DNA of 64,000 nucleotides from Campylobacter showae. Its GTDB lineage: Bacteria > Campylobacterota > Campylobacteria > Campylobacterales > Campylobacteraceae. The first letter of the stretch is position 1. Every line of letters begins with the position of its first letter. The stretch covers positions 40,853 through 104,852 of the forward strand of contig NZ_CAUPZM010000002.1 of NCBI RefSeq assembly GCF_963515975.1, read 5' to 3'. Position numbers and translations under genes: made by a program. Below are positions 28,329 through 36,095 of this stretch, one piece after another. A model generated the notes under the pieces. That model made no database searches. It was not told the DNA's origin and saw nothing but the letters and a program-made list of their open reading frames with translations.

Positions 28329-29422
28329 ATCTAATCAATGATTTTCGCGATAAAGAGCTTATTTTGGCGCTTTCAAAACTCATCAAAAAAGAGAGCGTAA
28401 AACCGCTAAATATCATGGAAATTTGCGGCGGACACACGCACTCGATCATGAAATTCGGCCTGCCACAGCTAGTGGGCGAGCATATAAATTTCGTCCACGG
28501 CCCAGGCTGTCCCGTGTGCGTGATGCCAAGGAGTCGCGTAGACGAGGCTATCAAGCTAGCCCAGATGCCGGGCACCATCCTGTGCACTCTAGCCGATATG
28601 ATGAGAGTCCCTGGCTCAAGCACCAGCCTGCAAAAGCTACGTGGCGAGGGTTGCGATATCAGAGCGCTATATAGCCCGCTAGACTGCATCAAAATCGCGC
28701 GGGAAAATCTCGACAAGAGCGTGATATTTTTTGCGATCGGGTTTGAGACGACGACGCCTATGAGCGCAAATTTAGTGCAAAAGACGCTAGAGCTCGGGCT
28801 AAAAAATCTATTTTTCCATATAAATCACGTTACCGTCCCCGCACCCGTGCGAGCGATCCTAAACGACGAAAACGTCAAGATCGACGCATTTTTGGGGCCT
28901 AGCCACGTGAGCGTGATCACGGGATACGGCATCTACGAGAGCATCGCGGCCGAGTATAAAAAACCTATCGCGGTTAGCGGATTTGAGCCGCTTGATCTGA
29001 TGGACGGTATCCTAAACCTCGTTCGCCAGCAAAACGCGGGCACGCACGAGGTCTATAACGAATACGCAAGAGTCGTCACGCGCGAGGGCAATCAAAAAGC
29101 AAAGGCGCTCATAGACGAGTTTTTCGAGCCGTGCGACTTCTCGTGGCGCGGTCTTGGCGTTATAGCTCAAAGCGGTATGAAGCTACGCCCCGAGTACGCG
29201 AAGCTTGACGCGAGGGTAAAATTTGACTGTAGCGTGCAAAGCAAAGGCGAGAGCAAGGCCTGTATCTGCCCTGAAATTTTACGCGGACGAGCAAAGCCCT
29301 TTGACTGTAAAATTTTCGCTAAAGCCTGCACGCCAAAAACCCCGGTTGGCTCGTGCATGGTCTCTAGCGAGGGCGCATGTGCGGCATACTACAAATACGG
29401 CGACGTCAAAAGCGCGGGCTAA
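28325..29422 (+). CDS. hypD: Hydrogenase formation protein HypD
   Basis: CGGHT, GPGCPVC, GFETT, PSHVS, CMVSSEGAC. Confidence 0.97.
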   Translation: MNLINDFRDKELILALSKLIKKESVKPLNIMEICGGHTHSIMKFGLPQLVGEHINFVHGPGCPVCVMPRSRVDEAIKLAQMPGTILCTLADMMRVPGSSTSLQKLRGEGCDIRALYSPLDCIKIARENLDKSVIFFAIGFETTTPMSANLVQKTLELGLKNLFFHINHVTVPAPVRAILNDENVKIDAFLGPSHVSVITGYGIYESIAAEYKKPIAVSGFEPLDLMDGILNLVRQQNAGTHEVYNEYARVVTREGNQKAKALIDEFFEPCDFSWRGLGVIAQSGMKLRPEYAKLDARVKFDCSVQSKGESKACICPEILRGRAKPFDCKIFAKACTPKTPVGSCMVSSEGACAAYYKYGDVKSAG

Positions 29423-29434
29423 GAGGAGACAAAT

Positions 29435-30484
29435 TTGAGCAAGATAATGCTAAGCCACGGCGGCGGCGGCGAGGAGATGAACTCGCTCATAAACGAGACG
29501 ATTTTTAGGATATTCGATAATGAAATTTTGCGCGAGAGCAACGATAGCGCGATACTAAAATTTAGCGACCTTTACGCGGACGAGAGCGATAAATGCTCGG
29601 CAAATTTGACACCTAAATTTAAAGGCAAACTTGCCTTTAGCACCGATAGCTTCGTGGTTACGCCGATATTTTTTAACGGCGGCGACATCGGCAAGATCGC
29701 GGCGTGCGGCACGATAAACGACCTAGCCATGGTCGGTGCCGAGGCAAGATACCTAAGCTGCGCGCTAATAATCGAAGAGGGGCTTGAGATATCCGAACTA
29801 GAGCGCGTGCTAGGCTCGCTAGCCGCCGTCGCTCGCGAAAACGGCGTGCAAATCGTCTGCGGCGATACCAAGGTCGTGCCGCGCGGCAAATGCGATAAAA
29901 TTTTCATCAACACGAGCGGCATCGGCGAGATCGTCTTCGAGGGCGTGGAGCTAAAAAGCCTGCGCGCGGGCGCTAAGATCCTGATCTCGGGCGACGTGGG
30001 CAGGCACGGCGCCGTGGTGCTGGCTAGCCGCGAGGAGCTGGATCTACAAAGCGAGCTAAAAAGCGACTGCAAGGCGCTAATGGGCGCGGTAAAGGCGCTG
30101 ATAGAGGGCGGCGTAAAGCCTCTTTGTATGCGCGACGCGACGCGCGGCGGTCTTTCGGCGGTGCTAAACGAATGGGCGAAATTTAGCGGCCTAGATATCC
30201 TCGTGCGCGAGGAGGATATCAAGGTCAGCGACGAAGTGACGGGCGTTTGCGAGCTATTTGGCTTTGAGCCTTATGAGCTAGCCAACGAGGGTACGTTCGT
30301 GCTGGCCGTAGATGAAAAAGACGAGGCGCGCGCGCTTGAAATTTTACGCAAATTTGACGCTAACGCAGCCTCGATCGGCGAGATTTTGGGTGCCTCAAAC
30401 GGCCGCGTCATCTTGCAAAACGCATACGGCTCAAAGCGCTTTTTAGAAGCGCCAAAGGGCGAGCTGTTGCCCAGGATATGCTAG
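29435..30484 (+). CDS. hypE: Hydrogenase maturation protein HypE
   Basis: HGGGG, STDSF, GTINDLAM, RDATRGG, C-terminal LPRIC; TTG start after GAGGAG. Confidence 0.96.
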   Translation: MSKIMLSHGGGGEEMNSLINETIFRIFDNEILRESNDSAILKFSDLYADESDKCSANLTPKFKGKLAFSTDSFVVTPIFFNGGDIGKIAACGTINDLAMVGAEARYLSCALIIEEGLEISELERVLGSLAAVARENGVQIVCGDTKVVPRGKCDKIFINTSGIGEIVFEGVELKSLRAGAKILISGDVGRHGAVVLASREELDLQSELKSDCKALMGAVKALIEGGVKPLCMRDATRGGLSAVLNEWAKFSGLDILVREEDIKVSDEVTGVCELFGFEPYELANEGTFVLAVDEKDEARALEILRKFDANAASIGEILGASNGRVILQNAYGSKRFLEAPKGELLPRIC

Positions 30485-30629
30485 GCGCGGCGATGGCTAG
30501 ATCAAATTTAGATGCGCTAGATTTTCTGGCTTATACGTCACGCGAGCTGGCTCGCAAAATTTATCAAATTTACGCCCTAGACGCGTGCGTAAAAATAAAA
30601 TCCGCTCCGTCTGCAAGCGAGGCAAGCCG

Positions 30630-30971
30630 ATGCACGAACTAAGCATAGTGCAAAGCCTAGTCGTGCTTTGCGAGAAAAACGCCGCCGCAAACGGCGCGAA
30701 AGAGGTCGTGCGCCTTGAAGTGCGTATCGGGCGGCTAAGCGGCGTCGAACCTCACTATCTGCAAAGCGCGTTTGAAGTTTATAAAGCGGGCACGATCTGC
30801 GAAAATGCCGAGCTTTTGATCGTCTTGCAAAACGTCTCCGTGGAGTGCAAAAGCTGCGGCTTTAGCGGCGAGCTTAGCGAAAACGACTTCACCTGTCCGG
30901 CCTGCGGCTCGCAGGAGCTTGATGTCACGGGCGGCGAGGATATGCACCTCATGCGCCTTGAGATGCGGTGA
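30630..30971 (+). CDS. hypA: Hydrogenase nickel metallochaperone HypA
   Basis: MHELS start at 30630, two CxxC motifs (CKSC, CPAC). Confidence 0.95.
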   Translation: MHELSIVQSLVVLCEKNAAANGAKEVVRLEVRIGRLSGVEPHYLQSAFEVYKAGTICENAELLIVLQNVSVECKSCGFSGELSENDFTCPACGSQELDVTGGEDMHLMRLEMR

Positions 30972-31053
30972 TTTTGCCGCAAATTTTAGCTCAAATTCGG
31001 CGTTTAAATTTGAGCTAATTTTTAAAATTTACTTCCAAAAACGCGGCAAATTT
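30972..31053. repeat. AAATTT-rich nested hairpin after hypA
   Basis: Outer tttgccgc / gcggcaaa; inner tagctcaaat / atttgagcta. Confidence 0.65.
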
Positions 31054-31114
31054 GACGAAACTCTGTCTACTTGCCCCTCTAAAAAGCGCCTAGATAAATT
31101 TAAAAGGAAGCTAG

Positions 31115-31405
31115 ATGCCTAGATATTCGTTTGAAACCATAGAGCAAATGCTGCTAAAATGCGTAGCCCAGGGCGGCGAGCCCGAGCTTAGCTTTTGCCT
31201 GCGCGGCGCAGAGTACATGATCATCGCCTATGCGCATCGCTGCTCGTTTCAAAGGTGCGCGGACGGATCCGGCGCAAACGCGAGCGGCGAGCGGTATTTT
31301 GCCACGCTGCAAGAACTCTACGTCGCGCCGTAGATAGACGGGCGCTCGCTAGAGGAGCTTTGGGGCGAGGCGGATGATTTTTACTGTTTTGATTTCGAGC
31401 CGTGA
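31115..31405 (+). pseudogene. Hypothetical protein interrupted by an in-frame TAG (31331-31333)
   Basis: AGGAAG RBS + ATG; after the TAG the frame continues IDGRSLEELWGEADDFYCFDFEP to TGA at 31403-31405. Confidence 0.6.
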
Positions 31406-31476
31406 GACCCCGAGATTTGTGCGGCGCAGGCAAATGCGCGGGTAAATTTGAACTAAATAAATTTGAAAGGAAATAA

Positions 31477-31965
31477 ATGGGTTCTGCTTGGAATTGCAGC
31501 GCGAAAGAGCGTAGCGCGGACAGTAAATTTAACGCGGAATTTGATGGTCTCGACCTAGCCATGGGTGCGCCAAGTCTTGGCGAGCTACGGCTTTACGCGA
31601 GCGCGGAGACGCAGGGTTTAAATTTGAAGCGCAAAGAAAGCGATGGCGAGAGCAAAAACGTAAAATTTAGCCGAAGCGGCGAGATTGAGCAAATTTTACT
31701 AAGCGAGCAGGCTACGGCGTGCTTTACGTTTTCGGGCGATTTGCGGTTTTTGGCGTTTGCCGAGTGGACGGCCGATAAAATGCAGCTCGCAAAGGTGCTA
31801 CGGCTAGCGGACATGAGCATAAAAACCGTGGACGGACTCCAGAGAGTCGCGGAGTTTTTATCTTTTAAGGACGGTTTGCTGGAGATTTTGGACTCGCCGA
31901 TTTTTATGCCCGAAAGCTTTTGGGTGGACGTCCGCGAGCTTTTTGACGATGAGATCAAAAACTAA
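31477..31965 (+). CDS. Hypothetical protein
   Basis: 162 aa, AAGGAA RBS, protein-like composition (AMGAP, RFLAFAEWT). Confidence 0.7.
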   Translation: MGSAWNCSAKERSADSKFNAEFDGLDLAMGAPSLGELRLYASAETQGLNLKRKESDGESKNVKFSRSGEIEQILLSEQATACFTFSGDLRFLAFAEWTADKMQLAKVLRLADMSIKTVDGLQRVAEFLSFKDGLLEILDSPIFMPESFWVDVRELFDDEIKN

Positions 31966-32010
31966 ATTTGACGCCGTAAAACGCCCGAGCCGCTAGCGAA
32001 AAAATTTAAA

Positions 32011-32228
32011 ACGCAAGCAAATTTAATAAAAATCGTAGTCCTAGCAAGACGGCGCCGAGCGCCAAAACCTACCGCAAATTTGCAGGAAATACACAAAAAC
32101 CTACGGTCGGTGCGCTAATTTTATGAGGCCGTTTTTGCCCTGAGCGCATTTAGCGCGTCTGTATACTATACACCTACGCCTGGTTTATCTTGCCAGCCTT
32201 TGCGCCGTTTTCATTAAATTTGACGCGT
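32011..32228. repeat. ~220-bp imperfect inverted-repeat (MITE-like) module
   Basis: acgcaagcaaatttaataaaaatcg...ctagcaaga pairs imperfectly with tcttgccag...cgttttcattaaatttgacgcgt. Confidence 0.5.
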
Positions 32229-32589
32229 ACGCAATTTTTGACTTTGTGCCGTAAAATATTGCGGCGACATTTGGCGTTTTGCTTGCCGTTTTACCGCCGT
32301 TGCGATCTATAAAGATTACAAATTTACGAAAATCCGCAGCGACTCTAGTCTATTTTAAGGGCGAAATTTTTGCTACGCGGACATTGACGCTGCGATTTTG
32401 GATTTTGTTTTCGACTCGGTTTTTAAGTATGGCGCTCATGCTTGCCGTTTAAAAATAGCAAAGACCACAAATTTGATTAAATTTGCCGATACTCAGCGAA
32501 CGCCTTGCGCAGCCAAGCGGTGCTGGGTATCAAATTTGGCTTAAATTTAACCCGCAAACTAGCGGCGCAGACGCTTGCACTCGTCAAAT

Positions 32590-35139
32590 TTACTCAAATA
32601 TCAAAAACGGCGCTTCAAGTACGTTTCTGATTATCTTAAACGGCGAGAGAAGCGCATCTTGCAGGATTTGCGTCGAGTACTGCGGCTTTTGCAACGTTCC
32701 GCGCACCTTGATGACGGTCGAGAGAGTGCGGTCTTTACCCAGCACGATCTGATTTATGAGCGGGATTTTGTCGATGATGGAGCTGGCGTCCTTTAGCAGC
32801 TTTAGCTCCAGATCCACGTCGATCTCTTTGGTTGCGAGATTTATCGTGCCGTGACCGCCGATATCCGCGCTCGAGCTCTCTAACTCGATGGCTAGAAACT
32901 TTAGCACGTCTGCCTTTTTCTCAAATAAAATTTTGCCGAATTTTACCGGATAGCCGTCGGCGCCGAAGTCGGGCGTCTTAAACACGAGCAAGGACGGCAC
33001 GGAGTTTAAAAACGTGAGAAGCTGATTGTAAAACGTGTAGTCTTTTAGCGTGGCGCCGATTAGCCTTACTTCACCCTTAAAATCATCTGTGCTAGCACCC
33101 AAAACGCGCATTTTAAAGCTGCCGCCCTCAAAGCTCTTAATGTTAAAGATCGAGTTGATAAACTCGCCTCTGATGTCGTTTGCCGATATTTCAAATTTTT
33201 TGTCCGATTTTATAAGCGAAAAGTTGCCGCGAGCGGGCTTAGCGTCAAATCTCACCGTCCCGCCCGCACTTTGACCGCTATATGCTAGCAGATCTAGAGT
33301 CGCGTTAAAATCATTTAAAACAAGCTTCGAGCCCTTGGCTTCAAACTCGATGTCGCCTTCCTTATCGGTCAAATTTTCATCGCCGCTAAGCACAAGATCG
33401 AGCTCCTTTATAAAAAGCTCCGTTTTGCCGCCCGCGATTTTGAAATTTAGACCGCCGCTTTTGCTTTTGCCCGTTGCGCCCTTTGCATTTACGTCGATGG
33501 TAAAGCTATCGGCGTCATACGGCGAGCCGTCTTTTTTAAGTAGCGGAGTTTCAAATTTGACATCGTTAGCCTCTATGCTAAGATTTTCAAAATCCTTGGT
33601 TTTTATATTTACGCCGCCTTCAGAGATTTGCAGGCTTTTTAGCAGCGGCGAGTAGGGCAGCAGATCGCGCGCGTCGGGTAAATTTATCTCGTTTTGCGCG
33701 GCGAATTTTAAACTGGCGGCAGCCGGAGACGCGATATCTAGCTTCGTATCTTTGCCGCTAAAATCAAGCCTAGCCGCAAACGGCGTCGTGCCCAGTTTTA
33801 AAATTTCGCTCTTGCCGAAGGCTAAATTTAGTCCTTTTAGCGTACCGTTTATGTCGCCTGCGAGCTTTCCTAGATCGAGATTTACCGCTGCGTCCGCGCT
33901 AAAAAAATCCATCCCCGTGTTTTTCGCATTTACCTTTAACTTGTCGTTTAAAAGCTCGACGTCTGCGGTATCTACGTTAAATTTAGCTCCAGCGATTAGC
34001 GTCTGTCCGCCGGTGATCTTAAATTTGCCCTTAGGCGTCACTTCTAGCGGGTCAAATTTGATATCAAGCGCGAGTTTGGCGTCGGTTTTGCCGCTTAGCT
34101 GCTCGACGGGAACTTCGATATCGTAGGCCTTTAGTATGGAGTTTACGCTTTTGTCGTAGAGAGCCGAGGTTTGCAGATTTAGCGTGAGCCCGGCGCCTTT
34201 TTCCTCGAAAATTTTATAGATTTCAAGATTGCTTCCGTTTAGATTTTTGCCCTGCCATTTTGGGTTTTTTAGCGTGAAAAATAGCGAACCCTTTTTTAGC
34301 TCGACATCTACTCCTTCGGCGGTCGCAGCGGGCAACTTTTCGTGAAATTTAACCTTTACGTTCTTAGAAAATCCCTGCGCGCTAAGCTCGTTTAGATAGG
34401 GTTCTTGCTTGTTTAGGTCAAATCTGCCCCGAAGCGATTTTACGAAGTAGTTATCCGCTGTGATGTAGCCGTAGATCCAGCTTTTTATCTCTTTATCTAG
34501 TCCCGTTTTTGCGCCCAGCTCGTCCATAAAGCCTCTTAGGCTAGTCGCATTTATGTCGCTTAGCTCGTATGATAGCTCGCCTTTTTTGAGATTTACCGTA
34601 GCGTTTCCGTTTAGCTCGTGACTGGAAAACGTACCGTTAAAATCGTAAATTTGACGCCTCAAATCGGCATTGCTAACGCCGCTTAAAGTGATGTTAAAGT
34701 CCTTAAACTCGAGTAGATAAACATTTGCGGTAATGCCGTCGTCGGTGTCTTTAAAATTTGAGCTAACCGCCAAAAACGGGCTATCTAGGTAAAAAACGTC
34801 GTCTCTGTAAAATAGCGTGGACTCGCTGTTTAGAAATTTGACGCGTTCGAGCAAAATTTCGTCAAATAGCCTGTCGATCCAGACGATGTTTTTGGAGAGG
34901 TCTAGTAGCGCTTCCTCGGAGCTATCCTTGGCGCTTTGTTTAGGTATCTCTATATTTTTCGCGCGTAAAATTATTTTTTTATCGAGTTTTATATATAATT
35001 GCTCTATTTTAAAGTCGCCCGCGTCGATATTTTCTATCTCGACGCCGTGTTTTAGGACGGCTATAAAAATGACGAATATCAAAACCGCAGGGATCAAAAT
35101 GCGCCAAATTTTCTTCATTATCAGCGAGATGATTTTCAT
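32590..35139 (-). CDS. AsmA-like/YhdP family (DUF3971) envelope protein
   Basis: 849 aa, N-terminal TM, beta-rich; C-terminal IGGHGTINL...IDKIPLINQIVLG...VRGTLQKP typical of the AsmA-like C-terminus. Start may be 35118. Confidence 0.85.
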   Translation of the reverse strand: MKIISLIMKKIWRILIPAVLIFVIFIAVLKHGVEIENIDAGDFKIEQLYIKLDKKIILRAKNIEIPKQSAKDSSEEALLDLSKNIVWIDRLFDEILLERVKFLNSESTLFYRDDVFYLDSPFLAVSSNFKDTDDGITANVYLLEFKDFNITLSGVSNADLRRQIYDFNGTFSSHELNGNATVNLKKGELSYELSDINATSLRGFMDELGAKTGLDKEIKSWIYGYITADNYFVKSLRGRFDLNKQEPYLNELSAQGFSKNVKVKFHEKLPAATAEGVDVELKKGSLFFTLKNPKWQGKNLNGSNLEIYKIFEEKGAGLTLNLQTSALYDKSVNSILKAYDIEVPVEQLSGKTDAKLALDIKFDPLEVTPKGKFKITGGQTLIAGAKFNVDTADVELLNDKLKVNAKNTGMDFFSADAAVNLDLGKLAGDINGTLKGLNLAFGKSEILKLGTTPFAARLDFSGKDTKLDIASPAAASLKFAAQNEINLPDARDLLPYSPLLKSLQISEGGVNIKTKDFENLSIEANDVKFETPLLKKDGSPYDADSFTIDVNAKGATGKSKSGGLNFKIAGGKTELFIKELDLVLSGDENLTDKEGDIEFEAKGSKLVLNDFNATLDLLAYSGQSAGGTVRFDAKPARGNFSLIKSDKKFEISANDIRGEFINSIFNIKSFEGGSFKMRVLGASTDDFKGEVRLIGATLKDYTFYNQLLTFLNSVPSLLVFKTPDFGADGYPVKFGKILFEKKADVLKFLAIELESSSADIGGHGTINLATKEIDVDLELKLLKDASSIIDKIPLINQIVLGKDRTLSTVIKVRGTLQKPQYSTQILQDALLSPFKIIRNVLEAPFLIFE

Positions 35140-36031
35140 ATTTTTTCTGAGCTTTCTTGTTTATCTTAGCCGCCCGGTGAGCGTGAGCGAGGTCATTTTC
35201 GTGCCTCAGGGCAGTACGCTTGGGATTATATCATATCTAAGCGAAAAAAATACGGACGCAAATAAAATAGACGCCGTGATCTTGCGCGCTATGGGGCATG
35301 TGCAAGCAGGCTGGATAGACCTGGGCGCGGCAAAGCTTAGCAAGCTTGATTTTTTATATAAGCTCACGACCGCAAAAGCGGCTTTAACGCAAATAACGCT
35401 GATTCCTGGCGAAACGACGGCCGTATTTTTGCAAGAGGTCGCAAAAAAGCTAAATTTGAGCGAGGCGAAGCTAAATGAATTTTACGCCAAATTTGCTCCG
35501 CTAGAGGACGGCTTTTTGGTGCCTGAGACATACAAAGTACCGCTTGGCGTAAACGAAGAACAGCTAGCGGTGCATCTGGTAAATTTATCTAAAAAATCCC
35601 ACGAAAAAACGGCTAAAGAGCTGCTGGGAAGCTACGACGAAAAGCGCTGGAGCGAGTATCTCGTGACGGCCTCGGTCGTGCAAAAAGAGGCTGCAAACGA
35701 GGATGAGATGCCCCTTGTCGCCTCCGTCATCCAAAACCGCCTAAAAAAGGGTATGAAGCTGCAAATGGACGGCACGCTAAACTACGGGCTATATTCGCAC
35801 GAGACGGTCACGGCCGAGCGCATACGAACCGATAAAAGCAAATTTAACACCTATCTAAACGAAGGTCTGCCGCCAAGCCCCGTCTGCACCGTGGGTCTAG
35901 CGGCGATAAGAGCGGCGATAAGGCCCGCGCAGAGCGAGTTTTTGTACTTTGTTCGCGATAAAAAGACGGGCAAGCATAAATTTAGCGCGACGTACGAGGA
36001 ACACGTAGGCGCGATAAACTCTCAAAAATAG
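35069..36031 (+). CDS. mltG: Endolytic transglycosylase MltG
   Basis: ITLIPGET, DGFLVPETY, ASVVQKEA, NRLKKGMKLQMD, FNTY, GLPPSPV. Start ATG 35069 (after AGGA) is uncertain. Confidence 0.9.
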   Translation: MTNIKTAGIKMRQIFFIISEMIFIFFLSFLVYLSRPVSVSEVIFVPQGSTLGIISYLSEKNTDANKIDAVILRAMGHVQAGWIDLGAAKLSKLDFLYKLTTAKAALTQITLIPGETTAVFLQEVAKKLNLSEAKLNEFYAKFAPLEDGFLVPETYKVPLGVNEEQLAVHLVNLSKKSHEKTAKELLGSYDEKRWSEYLVTASVVQKEAANEDEMPLVASVIQNRLKKGMKLQMDGTLNYGLYSHETVTAERIRTDKSKFNTYLNEGLPPSPVCTVGLAAIRAAIRPAQSEFLYFVRDKKTGKHKFSATYEEHVGAINSQK

Positions 36032-36095
36032 CCCGCCAAAAGGCGTTTTAATATAAATTTGGATAAGATTTTGCGAAATTTATTTAGGAGAAAAG

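Noticed and set aside
34817..35068. N-terminal extensions in the ORF track (mltG, SDR 49211-49363, hydC, hypA, oorD, pbpC, FlxA-like)
   Set aside because: They overlap neighbouring genes or promoters; downstream starts have RBSs or match family N-termini.
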